From an uncultured delta proteobacterium (GTDB lineage: Bacteria; Myxococcota_A; Polyangia; Polyangiales; Polyangiaceae), in contig CAVQUB010000020.1 of the NCBI GenBank assembly GCA_963716725.1, positions 160,001 through 224,000 of the forward strand: DNA of 64,000 nucleotides. Reading direction: 5' to 3'. The translations under genes and the position numbers were made by a program. The notes below the pieces were generated by a model that made no database searches, was not told where the DNA came from, and saw only the letters and a list, made by a program, of their open reading frames with translations. Positions 39,075-49,760 of this stretch are shown here, one piece after another; positions within the stretch are counted from its first letter, which is position 1; each line of letters opens with the position of its first letter.

Positions 39075-40328
39075 CTAGGGCGCGCTCTTGGCCTGCCGCC
39101 AGATCTCCGCGAGGCTCGGGCGGGCGCCGCTGAGCAAGAGCCCCACGCGGAACAGGCGGGACGCGATCCGCACCGCCGCCCAGGTCGACAGCACCAGCAC
39201 GGCCAGCGACCCGGCGACCTCCCAGAGGGAGATCGCGGCAGGGTCGAGTGACAGTCGCAGAACCAGGGTGGCTGGCGCCGAAAACGGGATCCACGTGAGC
39301 ACGTGTGCGACGACGCCGTGGGGCTCGCTGAGCATCACGGGCACGAACATCAGGGGCAAAGTGGCCAGGAAAGCCCAGAACATGCCGAGTTGTTGGCTCT
39401 CGCGCACGTTGCCGCCAAACGAACCGGTGCCCAGCATCAGGCTCCCGAGGAAGGCGTAGGCGGTGATGAAGAGCAGGGGGGCTATCGCCACCGCTTGCCA
39501 CGAGATCTCCACGTGGAGCGGTTCCATCAGCTGAGCAAATCCGAAGCGCACGCCGAGGCTCATCGAGAGCCAGACGAGCACCTGCAAGAGCCCGGCTCCA
39601 CCGAGCCCCAGTAGCTTGCCAGTCATGATCTCGTCGGCGCTGACGCTCGAGAGCAGGACTTCCACGACCTTGTTTTCTTTCTCGGTCGCAGTGGCCTGAA
39701 TGAGATAGCTGCCGCTCATCAAGATCGACGTGAAGAGCAAGAACATGAACCCGATGGGAAGCACCAGGCGGCCGATGAACGCCTCGGCGCCTTCGGCCTC
39801 GGACTGGCCGTCGCCATCGACGCGAAATGCCTCCCGACCCGCGATGGGTTTCAGGAGCCGCGCGGCAATCCTCGGCTCGACCCGAGTTCCGAGCAAGCGC
39901 GTGCGCAAGAGTTCGTTCAGCTCGTCGCGGCCCTCCCACGGACCGAGCGAGCCACTGGGGCCGGAGTGGGCGAGCACGCGACCGCTGTCGAGGTAGTCCT
40001 GGGGAATCACGAAGTAGCTCTTGATGGCGCGGTCGTCGACCAGGGCTCGCCGCGCCTGCGGCTCGTCGGAGAAGCAGCGGAAGCCGGCGGCACGAACCAC
40101 GACGACGTCACCGTCGGCCAGCCCGAGCAGCGCAGCGCGATCGACGACGCCGTACAAACGCGGAGTTGCTTCTTGGTCTTTGGCGAGTTTCGCCGGAATC
40201 AGCGCCAGGCCAGCGTAGAGCACGGCGAACACGGGCATGCCGAGAGTCACGATCAGGTAGCCCAGCCGGCGCACGGTGGACGAGAGCTCGAACCAAGCGA
40301 CCGTGCGCACCTTGCCCCACTGCATCAT
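39075..40328 (-). CDS. ABC-2 type permease (NatB-like)
   Basis: EKENKVVEVLLSS..GKLLG; multiple TM helices. Confidence 0.9.
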   Translation of the reverse strand: MMQWGKVRTVAWFELSSTVRRLGYLIVTLGMPVFAVLYAGLALIPAKLAKDQEATPRLYGVVDRAALLGLADGDVVVVRAAGFRCFSDEPQARRALVDDRAIKSYFVIPQDYLDSGRVLAHSGPSGSLGPWEGRDELNELLRTRLLGTRVEPRIAARLLKPIAGREAFRVDGDGQSEAEGAEAFIGRLVLPIGFMFLLFTSILMSGSYLIQATATEKENKVVEVLLSSVSADEIMTGKLLGLGGAGLLQVLVWLSMSLGVRFGFAQLMEPLHVEISWQAVAIAPLLFITAYAFLGSLMLGTGSFGGNVRESQQLGMFWAFLATLPLMFVPVMLSEPHGVVAHVLTWIPFSAPATLVLRLSLDPAAISLWEVAGSLAVLVLSTWAAVRIASRLFRVGLLLSGARPSLAEIWRQAKSAP

Positions 40329-41233
40329 CCGCGCTCCTCCCCGTGTTTCACCACGCGGATGAAGATGTCTTCCATCGACGCCAAGACTCGCTCGTAGCGC
40401 TCGACGCCAACGCCGGCTGCCAAGAGACCTTCGAGCACCCGCTGCGGGTCGACTCCGTCGTTCAACATCAGGCGGTGTGTGCCGGGCCGTTCCGTGATCA
40501 CGCGCTCGACCTGCGGCAGGTCCGGCAGCTCGCCGGCGATGCTGATCCGAAGCTCGGATGCGCTGTAGCGACGGCGCACTTCGTTCACCTCGCCGTACAC
40601 CACCAGCTTGCCTTCGGAGAGCAGTGCGACTCGATCACAGAGCGTTTCGACCATGCTCATCTGATGGGTCGAGAGGATGGTCGTACGTCCCGATGCGCGA
40701 ATTTCTCCGATCAAGTCCCGGACGAGAGCGGTATTGACGGGGTCGAGCCCGGAGAAGGGCTCGTCGAGCACGCAGAGCTCGGGTTCGGAGAGCAATGTGG
40801 CGGCGATCTGCACCTTTTGGCTCATGCCCTTGCTGAGGCGCTCAACCTGCTGATTCTCCACCGAAGACAGCCCAATGCGCTCGAGCCAAGTCCGCGCTCG
40901 CGCACGAGCCTCCGACGCGCCCAGACCCTTGAGCTTGCCGAAGTAGACCATCACGTCGATCACCTTCTGCTTGGTGTAGAGCCCGCGTTCCTCGGGCAGG
41001 TAAGCCAGCCGGTTCGAGTGCTCGCGCCCAAGCGGCTCTCCGAAGAGCCTCATCGTGCCGCTGTCGGCGCGCACGATGTCCATCAAGATGCGAATGCCCG
41101 TGGTCTTGCCCGCGCCATTGGGCCCGAGCAGGCCGAAGACCTCCCCGGCGAACACCTCGAAAGAGACCCCGGACAGAGCGATCTTGTCGCCGTAGCGCTT
41201 CCAGACGTCTTCGAAGACCAAGACCGCGGTCAC
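40325..41233 (-). CDS. ABC transporter ATP-binding protein
   Basis: GPNGAGKTT, LSKGM and LDEPFSGLD motifs. Confidence 0.93.
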   Translation of the reverse strand: MTAVLVFEDVWKRYGDKIALSGVSFEVFAGEVFGLLGPNGAGKTTGIRILMDIVRADSGTMRLFGEPLGREHSNRLAYLPEERGLYTKQKVIDVMVYFGKLKGLGASEARARARTWLERIGLSSVENQQVERLSKGMSQKVQIAATLLSEPELCVLDEPFSGLDPVNTALVRDLIGEIRASGRTTILSTHQMSMVETLCDRVALLSEGKLVVYGEVNEVRRRYSASELRISIAGELPDLPQVERVITERPGTHRLMLNDGVDPQRVLEGLLAAGVGVERYERVLASMEDIFIRVVKHGEERG

Positions 41234-41910
41234 GGCGGCGGCAGGACCGTGACGCTCACCCGCGAGCGTGCGTTCTGGAAAAACGAGCCCAGCGCGGAGG
41301 TCAAGCGTTTGCCGACGTACCAGCGACGGAGCGACGGCTCCACCTCTTCGTAGGGGTTATCTCGGAAGGGAGTCTGCGCGGAGCGGTGGATGTTGCGAAG
41401 CTCGGCGTCGCTCGGCGTCAGCATGGGTGTGACCATGCGGTCGAGGTAGAGGCTGGAGCGGGACTGCCGCCGCAAGATGCTGGTGAGTTCGCGGCTGTCG
41501 ATGCCTTCGGCGCGCGCCGCCTGCTCGACGGCCAGCGCTCCACCGGCGCGGGCATAGAGCATGCGTCGGGCGGCGTCGGTCTGTCGTGCCAGATCGCGTT
41601 CGGTGGGCTCCGGATCGATGCGCAAACTCGAGAGCAGCGTCTCCGCGATGTGGCGCTCGAGGGCGGAGCGCACATGGCGCTCGCGGTAGGGGCGGTCGTC
41701 GCGCGGCGCCGCGCGGTCCGGATCCGCCAGGGCCTCGACGCGTGCTTCGAAGGCGAGGGTGCGTTCGAAAATGAAGCGCGGTGTCCGCACTCCGCCGGTC
41801 TCTGGCGCGCTGAATCGCACCACCGCGCGGTCGAGCACGACGCGCTCCGCGCGTGCCGCTGGACAGACCGTCAGCGCCAGCGCGAAGGCGGCGAGCCCTT
41901 GCCAGTTCAT
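41230..41910 (-). CDS. Secreted hypothetical protein, SurA N-terminal-like
   Basis: Signal peptide ending ARA, then VVLDRAVV; helical; coupled to both neighbours. Confidence 0.6.
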   Translation of the reverse strand: MNWQGLAAFALALTVCPAARAERVVLDRAVVRFSAPETGGVRTPRFIFERTLAFEARVEALADPDRAAPRDDRPYRERHVRSALERHIAETLLSSLRIDPEPTERDLARQTDAARRMLYARAGGALAVEQAARAEGIDSRELTSILRRQSRSSLYLDRMVTPMLTPSDAELRNIHRSAQTPFRDNPYEEVEPSLRRWYVGKRLTSALGSFFQNARSRVSVTVLPPP

Positions 41911-42668
41911 CGGGCCAGCGTGTCCGGGACCGGCGACGGTGGCCCGTCGTCTCGTGGCGGCGTCTCGGGCGACGCTTCCGAGTCGGCAGGTTCCTCGCCG
42001 TCCACTTGCGCGTCACGGTGGTGGGTGAACGAGCGGGCCGCGCGCCTGGCCTTCACGAACTCGGCAAAGGCCAGCACCTTGTCGAGCTCCCGCATGCCGA
42101 GGGACTCGATCACGTCGCGCACTTGTCGGCGCAGCGCGTCGGCGCTGCGCGCGCGACGACCACTGAGCTGGTCCTGGGAAATGGGCGGGGTTTCCGGCGT
42201 TCCTTCCGGTGCCGGGGCCACGACGATGGGGCGCGCCACCGGGCTCAGCGCGTGGGCCTCGAGCCACGCTTCCATGAACACCCGCAGGCGCTCGCTGCGG
42301 AACGCGAACCATCGCTCGCGCTCCGGGCCGTGCGACATGAGCACGTCCTTGAAGCGCCGAAACGCACCCTTGCCGTCGATGGCCTGGGTCAGCCGATCTC
42401 GAAGCTCGGCGTCATCCACCATGGGGATGTAGCGCTCCATCCAGCGATACTGCTCCCGCGAGCTCACCGGTTCGATGCGCAGGTAGACGGCGTCGGACGC
42501 GATACGGGTGTGCATGTCCGGATCGGCGATGCCATCCACGACCCTGAGCACCTCGCCCGTCGACAGGTGCAGATAGCTGTGCACCTCGGGCGCGTTGTTC
42601 TCGAACGCGTCCTCGAGTGCTTCCCAATCGACCGGGACTTCCCGAATCGGCTTTGTGTCATCCACCAT
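41907..42668 (-). CDS. UPF0158 family protein
   Basis: LEDAFE..YLHLSTGEV, YRWME and AIDGKGAFRRFKDVL motifs. Confidence 0.85.
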   Translation of the reverse strand: MVDDTKPIREVPVDWEALEDAFENNAPEVHSYLHLSTGEVLRVVDGIADPDMHTRIASDAVYLRIEPVSSREQYRWMERYIPMVDDAELRDRLTQAIDGKGAFRRFKDVLMSHGPERERWFAFRSERLRVFMEAWLEAHALSPVARPIVVAPAPEGTPETPPISQDQLSGRRARSADALRRQVRDVIESLGMRELDKVLAFAEFVKARRAARSFTHHRDAQVDGEEPADSEASPETPPRDDGPPSPVPDTLAR

Positions 42669-42714
42669 CGACTTCGTTCCTCGACTTAGAAATCCGCCAA
42701 CGCTTGCTCTCGAC

Positions 42715-44216
42715 TCACACGCTCCGGGACCGACGCACCGCGTCGCGCCACCCGGCGAGCCGTTCGGACCGTACAGCTTCGGCCATCGAAGGTTGAAACG
42801 TCCGGTCCACCGTGATCATTTGGCTGGCGTCGGCGCCGGTACGGAAGAGCCCGGCACCGATGCCCGCCAACATGGCGGCGCCACGCGCCGTGGACTCCAG
42901 CTCGCTGGGGCGCTCGACCACCAGGTTCCCGACGTCGCTCTGGAACTGCATCAGCAGGTCGTTGGCGGCGGCCCCGCCGTCGACGCGCATCCGGCCGAGG
43001 GGCTCGCCCAGATCGGCAGCCATGGCGCCCAGCAGATCGTTGACGGAGAGCGCGATGCCCTCGAGCGTGGCTCGCGCCAGGTGGGCTCGTGTGGAGCCGC
43101 GGGTCAGCCCGCAGATCAGGCCTCGAGCCCCGGGATCCCAGTAGGGGGCCCCGAGCCCGGAGAGCGCCGGCACGAAGCTGACGCCGTCGCTCGAATCCAC
43201 CGATGCTGCGAGGGTTTCGACCTCGCTCGCGCTGGCGATCAGGCCCAAGCCGTCCCGCAGCCACTGCACCGCAGCGCCGGCGATGAACGAGCTGCCTTCG
43301 AGCGCGTAGACTACGTCAGGACCGATCTGCCAGCCCACGGTCGAGAGCAGCCCCGACCGGCTGACGACCGGCTGACTGCCGGCGTTCACCAGGACGAACG
43401 CACCGGTGCCGTAGGTACACTTGGCGTCCCCGACCCCGAAGCACGCCTGCCCGAACAGCGCCGCCTGCTGATCGCCGGCCATGCCTGCGATCACGATTCC
43501 GTCGGGCAAGGCCAGGCATGCCGTGGGTTCGCGCGATTTCTCCGGCCGTCGGTACAATCTTGGGCAGCACGGTCGGAGGCACCCGCAACAGCTCGCACAT
43601 GGCGGGATCCCAAGCGCGCCGGGCGAGGTCCATGAGCAGGGTACGCGAGGCGTTGGACACCTCGGTCACGTGGGGCGCGGAGGCCGAACTGCCACCCGCG
43701 AGCCGGTGTACCAGGAACGAGTCGATGGTCCCGAAGGCGAGCTCGCCCTGGTTCGCTCGAGCACGCGCGCCATCCACGTTATCGAGCAGCCACTCGAGCT
43801 TGGTCCCGGAGAAGTACGGGTCGAGGACCAGCCCGGTCGTCTCGCGCACGCGCGCCTCGTGGCCTCGGCCTTTGAGTTCCGCGCAGCGATCGGCGGTGCG
43901 CCGGTCCTGCCACACGATGGCCCGGTGGATGGCGCGGCCGGTCGCACGCTCCCACACCACGGTGGTCTCGCGCTGGTTGGTGATTCCGATCGCGCCGATC
44001 TGGTCGCCCCGGACGGCTGCGCTCGAGATGGCCTCACAAACGGAATCGACCACGCTCTCCCAGATCTCGTCGGGCTCGTGCTCGACCCAGCCCGGTTTCG
44101 GGAAAATGTTGAGCGAACTCGCGGTTGGCCCGACCGAGCGTCCGACCGTGGGTATCCATCACGAGCGCGGTCGAGCCCGTGGTCCCTTGATCGATGGCGA
44201 GGATGTGCGCGCTCAC
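42715..44216 (-). CDS. glpK: Glycerol kinase with two apparent frameshifts (about 44100 and 43510)
   Basis: [37 protein letters not shown] and DGGAAAN motifs. Confidence 0.93.
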
Positions 44217-44350
44217 TGCCCCGCAGACTATCAGGCCCCAGCCCGCGGGCTCAAACCGGCCCATCCGCGCGGGCCACAGCCGGCAATTCTCGGGAAACCC
44301 CGGGCGCGCTTGTCCCCGCCGAACGAGGACGGTAGCCTTCGTCGTCGAGT

Positions 44351-46261
44351 ATGCCGCGCTTGCTTCTTGCCACGCCGGAAGGCCAACAGGTGGTCGAGCT
44401 GCGCGCGTTCAACTCACTGGGCCGTCATCCGAGCAATACCATCCAGCTCCTCGACAAGATCGTGTCGAAGGAGCACTGCATCGTGGAACGGCGCGGCAAC
44501 GAATTCGTGCTGCGCGATCTGGGCAGCTTGAACGGCACCTACATCAACGGTGAGCGGGTCACGGTCGGCGGCGAGCAGATGCTCCGCCACGGCGACGACA
44601 TCGCGCTCGGCAGCACCCGAGCTCGCTTCGACGACGGTTCCGGAAAGCCCGTGGCCCCACCGGTCTGGTCGCCGGCGCCCGCGACGCCCGGCGGCCCGGG
44701 TTCCCCCCCGATGGTGGCGGCGCCACCCCCGGCCTGGCAGCCCGCCGCCCCAGTCCAGCAGCCGAGTCTCCCGCCCGCGTCGCACCAACGCCCGGTGCCA
44801 ATGAGCGCGGTGCCCGCGACGACGCCAGCAACGCCCGGAATGGTGCCGCAGCTTCCCCTCTCGCTTCCGGGCCCCGGCAGCGTGACGTCACCGGGCCAAT
44901 ACCAAGCCTACAACCGCACCCCGACCCTCGACGACCCCGAGGCCCACGCGCTGCCGCCGCTGAATGCGACGCGCGTCAACATGAATGACCAGTCGCGCGC
45001 CATCGGCACCCAGATCGCCGCGACACAAAAGGGGTTTCTCCCTTACGACCAGCTCGCCGGCGAACAGCCCCCAGCTCCACGCCGACTACGAGCGACTCCG
45101 CCTCTCTCACGAGCTGTCGCGCGAGATCGCCCTCGAGCGCGACCTTCGGTCCTGCTCAACAAGATCCTGCTCACGATCTTCAAGTTCGTACGCGCGGATC
45201 GCGGGGTCATTTTCCTTCGCGACTCCTCGGGAGAACTGCGCCCGGGCGCCAGCCTCCGGCGCGACGGTACCGACTCGCCGATCAGCGTCTCCTCCACGAT
45301 CCTGAACCACGTGATCAAGGAGCGCGCGACGGTGCTCACCCACGACGCCGCCATGGACTTCGCGGCGTCCAAGGGCAAGAGCATGATCCTGAACCGGATC
45401 AGCTCGGCCATCGTGGTGCCGCTGCTGCACAACGACGACATCCTCGGCGTGCTGTGGCTCGACACCGAGTCGCTCGCGCAGTTCCAACCGAAGGACCTGG
45501 AGATCGTCACGGCCGTCGCCGCGCAGGCCGCGATGTTCATCGAGATCAACATCCTCGGCAAGAAGATCGAGCAAGAGATCATCACCCGCGAGCGCTTCAG
45601 CCGCTTGCTCTCGCCGAACATCGCCGAGCGAGTGCTGTCCGGCGAGCTCGAGGTCAACAAGGGCGGCCAGCTCGTCGCCGAGTGCACGGTGTTCAACTCC
45701 GACATCCGCGGCTTCACGCGCATGAGCGAGGGAACGCAGCCAGAGATCATCGTCGAGATGCTGAACGAGTACTTCGAGCTGATGGTCGAGACGTTGTTCA
45801 AGTACGAAGGCACTCTCGACAAGTTCATGGGCGACGGCATCATGGCGCTGTGGGGAGCGCCGGTGGTTCACCCGGACGATCCGACCCGCTCGGTTGCTTG
45901 CGCCATCGAGCAGATGGAGGTGCTCGGGCGCTTCAACCGCGCCCGAGTCGGCGCGAACCTTCCGCCGCTCGGCGTCGGCATCGGCATCCACACCGGACCC
46001 CTGGTCGCCGGCTACATCGGCAGCTCGCTCGCGCTCTCCTACACCGTCATCGGCGACGTCGCGAACACCAGCGCGCGACTGTGTGGCGTCGCGGCGGCCG
46101 GGCAGATCCTCGTGAGCGAGCAGACCCTGGGGCGACTCAGCGAGAAATTCGAGTACGAGGAACTGCCGCCGGCCCAGCTCAAGGGCAAGGGCAGGCCCTT
46201 CCGCATCTTCAACGTCCTGGGTCGCGCGACTGCCGTGCAAGTCCCGGCCTCGGTCGGATGA
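44351..46261 (+). CDS. FHA-GAF-class III adenylate/guanylate cyclase
   Basis: GRHPSN..SKEH..SLNGT; GAF region; SDIRGFT, DKFMGDG and [14 protein letters not shown]. Probable compensating frameshift pair at about 45060-45150. Confidence 0.92.
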   Translation: MPRLLLATPEGQQVVELRAFNSLGRHPSNTIQLLDKIVSKEHCIVERRGNEFVLRDLGSLNGTYINGERVTVGGEQMLRHGDDIALGSTRARFDDGSGKPVAPPVWSPAPATPGGPGSPPMVAAPPPAWQPAAPVQQPSLPPASHQRPVPMSAVPATTPATPGMVPQLPLSLPGPGSVTSPGQYQAYNRTPTLDDPEAHALPPLNATRVNMNDQSRAIGTQIAATQKGFLPYDQLAGEQPPAPRRLRATPPLSRAVARDRPRARPSVLLNKILLTIFKFVRADRGVIFLRDSSGELRPGASLRRDGTDSPISVSSTILNHVIKERATVLTHDAAMDFAASKGKSMILNRISSAIVVPLLHNDDILGVLWLDTESLAQFQPKDLEIVTAVAAQAAMFIEINILGKKIEQEIITRERFSRLLSPNIAERVLSGELEVNKGGQLVAECTVFNSDIRGFTRMSEGTQPEIIVEMLNEYFELMVETLFKYEGTLDKFMGDGIMALWGAPVVHPDDPTRSVACAIEQMEVLGRFNRARVGANLPPLGVGIGIHTGPLVAGYIGSSLALSYTVIGDVANTSARLCGVAAAGQILVSEQTLGRLSEKFEYEELPPAQLKGKGRPFRIFNVLGRATAVQVPASVG

Positions 46262-46758
46262 GGGTCGGGGTCTACGCAGCCGCCTTCGCGATCTCGCTCG
46301 GCGGTTGCGCCGGTGACAAGACCATGCCCGCGTCTGCGCCCAGCGCACTGGCAGGCAAACCACTCCCGACCTTCAGCCGCCGCACGCTGAGCGGCGAGAA
46401 GCTGGACACCAAGTCGCTGGTGGGTCGCGTGGTGGTGGTGAAGTTCTTCGCAGAGTACTGCGCGCCGTGCACCAAGACGCTGCCCGCAGCCCAAGCCCTC
46501 GCGGCAGAACACCCCGGCGTGGCCTTCATCGGCATCTCCGAGGACGAGCGTGCCTCGACCGCCGCGGAGCTCGTGGCGCGCCACGGTCTGAGCTTCCCAG
46601 TGATCCACGACGCGGGCCAGGTGCTGTGGGGCCGCTTCCGCGTTCGGGAGATGCCAGCCACCTTCGTGGCGGGCAAGGACGGCATCGTGCGCTGGGTCGG
46701 CGACGAGACCGCCGACGAAGCCACGCTGCGAGACGCCATCGAAGTGGCGGCCAAGTGA
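46258..46758 (+). CDS. TlpA-family thioredoxin-like lipoprotein
   Basis: ATGA overlap; lipobox LGGC; FFAEYCAPC; MPATFV. Confidence 0.88.
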   Translation: MRVGVYAAAFAISLGGCAGDKTMPASAPSALAGKPLPTFSRRTLSGEKLDTKSLVGRVVVVKFFAEYCAPCTKTLPAAQALAAEHPGVAFIGISEDERASTAAELVARHGLSFPVIHDAGQVLWGRFRVREMPATFVAGKDGIVRWVGDETADEATLRDAIEVAAK

Positions 46759-46867
46759 GGGCAAAATCCCCGCCTGATGCGCCGCGTCGCGGGCTGGTCT
46801 GACCTGTTGGCGCCCAACACCCCTTGGCACGCGCCCCCCGCCTCTGCGAGTCTCCGCGCCCCTCCCC

Positions 46868-47818
46868 ATGGCCCACGTGCTCGCGTTCGAGAAACCGGTG
46901 GTCGAGCTGGTCTCGCGAGTGCGAGAGCTGCGCGAGCTGGCGAGCTCCGACGCTCGCCTGGCGCCCGAGCTCGCGCGCCTGGAGGAGAAGGCGGCCAAGC
47001 TCGCGCGCGAGATGTTCTCCCGGCTCGAGCCGATGCAGAAGGTGCAGCTGTCGCGGCACCCGAATCGTCCCTACACGCTGGACTACATCGCGCGCTTGTT
47101 CGACGACTTCGTGGAGCTCTCCGGCGACCGTTGCTTCGCCGAGGACGCGTCCATCGTCGGCGGCCTGGCGCGCTACCACGATCGCAGCGTGGTGCTGCTC
47201 GGCCACCAGAAGGGGCGCAGCACCAAAGAGAACATGGGCCGGAACTTCGGGATGCCGAACCCCGAAGGGTATCGTAAGGCGACTCGGCTCTACGAACTCG
47301 CGGATCGCTTCCGCCTACCCGTACTCGCCTTCGTCGACACGCCAGGAGCGTACCCGGGGATAGAAGCCGAAGAGCGCGGGCAGGCCGAGGCCATCGCCCA
47401 TGCGATCGAGGTCATGGCACGCATCGGCGTTCCAGTCGTGACGACGGTGATCGGCGAAGGCGGCTCCGGCGGTGCGCTGGCCCTCGGGATCGGAAACCGC
47501 GTCCTGATCCTCGAGTTCAGCTACTACTCGGTGATCTCGCCGGAGGGTTGCGCGGCCATCCTGTGGAAGGACGGCACGCTCGCACCGCGAGCCGCGGAGC
47601 GGCTGAAGATCACCGCGCCCGACCTGCTCGACCTGGGCTGCGTGGACGCCATCGTCGAAGAACCCCCGGGCGGTGCCCATCAGGACCACGACGACGCGGC
47701 TCGCCGCCTCGATCGCGCGCTGTGGGAAGCCCTGGTCTCGCTGGACGGACTGTCGCCCGACGAGCTCAGCGCGGACCGCTACCAGCGCTTTCGTCGGCTC
47801 GGGTCCTTCGTCGCCTGA
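46868..47818 (+). CDS. accA: Acetyl-CoA carboxylase carboxyltransferase alpha subunit
   Basis: RHPNRPYTLDY, NFGMPNPEGYRKA and GEGGSGGAL motifs. Confidence 0.96.
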   Translation: MAHVLAFEKPVVELVSRVRELRELASSDARLAPELARLEEKAAKLAREMFSRLEPMQKVQLSRHPNRPYTLDYIARLFDDFVELSGDRCFAEDASIVGGLARYHDRSVVLLGHQKGRSTKENMGRNFGMPNPEGYRKATRLYELADRFRLPVLAFVDTPGAYPGIEAEERGQAEAIAHAIEVMARIGVPVVTTVIGEGGSGGALALGIGNRVLILEFSYYSVISPEGCAAILWKDGTLAPRAAERLKITAPDLLDLGCVDAIVEEPPGGAHQDHDDAARRLDRALWEALVSLDGLSPDELSADRYQRFRRLGSFVA

Positions 47819-49611
47819 AGATCCGCGAGCATGCCCGCCGGCAGCGTCAGCTTGGCGCGCAGGCGGGTGGGTTGGGTCTTCTCTACCGAGAGCGAGAACA
47901 GCGCCCGCGTGGCTCCGCCATTGGGCAGCGCCCGCAGGCGCTCTCGCTCCCCCGCCCGGTGCTCGCGCATGGTGACGAACCGGGTCAGGCCCCAGAGTCC
48001 TCCCAAGCTGAAGGCGCTCGCCAGGCGCACGGCCGGATCCTCGAACGTCGGAAGCTCCGGCCTCGGCGCCAGGCTGAGCCCCCGCATTCGTTCCACCATC
48101 TCGCGCTCGCCCAGTCCGAGCCCGACGAAGGTCGAGTCGCCGATGGGCACCACGACGACGACCAGCGACTCGCTCGGCGCGGGGGAAGGCGTCCGTGTCC
48201 TGTGCGCCACGCAAGCGTCGAAGAACCTTCCGGGCATCGGGAGCTCGTAGACCCAGCTGCCCGCGGGGAGCGTCCTCGGCGCGGGCTTCTTCTTGATCTT
48301 TCCGAGTCCTTCGCAGAGGCGGGGAAGACTCTGATACGCGAACGCCCGAAGTCGTCCCGCGTTGTAGTCGCGCATGCCTCGGTCGAGCTCCGGCAGGTAG
48401 GCGCGCGCGGGCTCGTCGAACCCGAAGACATGCCAGCCGTAGGTGGAACGCGTCTGTTCCCAGAGCGCGAGTCCCCCCGCGAGCCCCCGCCGCGCGTCCC
48501 GACCGTGGGCGTCCCCGTGAGCGTAGAGGTGGGGCGCGCGCTGGACGAAGGTGCGCGCGACCAGGTCGAGCGTCGCGCGCGAGACGCTGGGGCCAGCCTC
48601 TTCGGCGAGCCAGCTGACCAGGGCCGCGCGGGCCTCGTCGGTGCGCGACGGCGCCGCCCCGGTGAAGAACCACGCGGCCTGGGTGTCCGACGGCAGCCGC
48701 CCCCAGAGCCCCGCCAGCCCAGGCGTCCGCGGCGTCAGGCTCGACAGGGTGCGTGAGGCCCACGAAGTCTCGCCCGAAAGGCTCGCCGCGAGCTCGAGCT
48801 CCAGGGCGCCCCCCGTCTCGCGCCCGACCAATCGTACGTTGTCCAGGTCGGCGAGCAGATCGACGGCGTCGGCAGCGAGCACCGAAATCGCTGCATCGCG
48901 CGCGCGACCCGTCTTCGGCGCCAGGAAGCGCGCGGCCTGAGTCAGCGCCTCGCGGTGCGGGCGAGCGAAGCGGACGGGCCAGGCTTCGACGACCACGGGC
49001 TCCACGCCGAGTGCGCGGGTGGGCAGGCCGCGAGCCGCATAGGGACCCAGCGTATCGAGGGCGCCGCGGCTCGTTCCGCAGACGAGCCGCGTCGGCGCGG
49101 GGCCGGCGGACGCTGCGAGATCGCAGTGGAGGCCTTCGCCATCCGAGATCTCGGCACCTGAGGCTCCGCGGCGCTGAACCCTGAGTCGAGGCTGCGCTCT
49201 CAGCGCGTCGAGCGCGGCCTGAAACGATGCCAGTGGCAATGACCACACGACGTCCGCCCCACGCAGGAGGACCGCTTCGGGAGAGCCGAGGGCGACGGCG
49301 AGTTCGATCGGTCCCCTCGCGACGTGGTCCCGAAGCACAGGCTCGAGCTCCGGAGTGAGCATCGACAGCGGCGAGCCCGCGATGGACGGGAGCGCGCCCT
49401 CGACGGGGAGACGACGGACGAATTCGGCGTTCAGGCGGCCGACGAGCACCAGGCCAGGAGGCTCGGCCACCGGGGACAGATCGATGGCTTCGGCGACCGC
49501 CGGAGGCGGCCGTGGTGGCGGAGCCCGAGTTGGCGTCGGGGTCAGCGACGCCGGAGCGGCGCAGGCGGCGAGCGCGCCGAGAGCCAGCGCCGTCAGCGCG
49601 CGTCGAGCCAT
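47779..49611 (-). CDS. Hypothetical lipoprotein
   Basis: Lipobox LAAC; long ORF; 3' end overlaps accA by 40 bp. Confidence 0.7.
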   Translation of the reverse strand: MARRALTALALGALAACAAPASLTPTPTRAPPPRPPPAVAEAIDLSPVAEPPGLVLVGRLNAEFVRRLPVEGALPSIAGSPLSMLTPELEPVLRDHVARGPIELAVALGSPEAVLLRGADVVWSLPLASFQAALDALRAQPRLRVQRRGASGAEISDGEGLHCDLAASAGPAPTRLVCGTSRGALDTLGPYAARGLPTRALGVEPVVVEAWPVRFARPHREALTQAARFLAPKTGRARDAAISVLAADAVDLLADLDNVRLVGRETGGALELELAASLSGETSWASRTLSSLTPRTPGLAGLWGRLPSDTQAAWFFTGAAPSRTDEARAALVSWLAEEAGPSVSRATLDLVARTFVQRAPHLYAHGDAHGRDARRGLAGGLALWEQTRSTYGWHVFGFDEPARAYLPELDRGMRDYNAGRLRAFAYQSLPRLCEGLGKIKKKPAPRTLPAGSWVYELPMPGRFFDACVAHRTRTPSPAPSESLVVVVVPIGDSTFVGLGLGEREMVERMRGLSLAPRPELPTFEDPAVRLASAFSLGGLWGLTRFVTMREHRAGERERLRALPNGGATRALFSLSVEKTQPTRLRAKLTLPAGMLADLQATKDPSRRKRW

Positions 49612-49760
49612 GGCGTCGAAACCTACCACGCACGTCCGGCCCCAAGGCCGATCTGCCTGGAAATAGAGGACTTGGCCAAGGCTGTGGACATTGCGAGTGA
49701 GAAGCTTTTCACTCCCGGCCCCGAGAGGTTGAGCTGACTGATGCGCCGGGGATTTGGACC

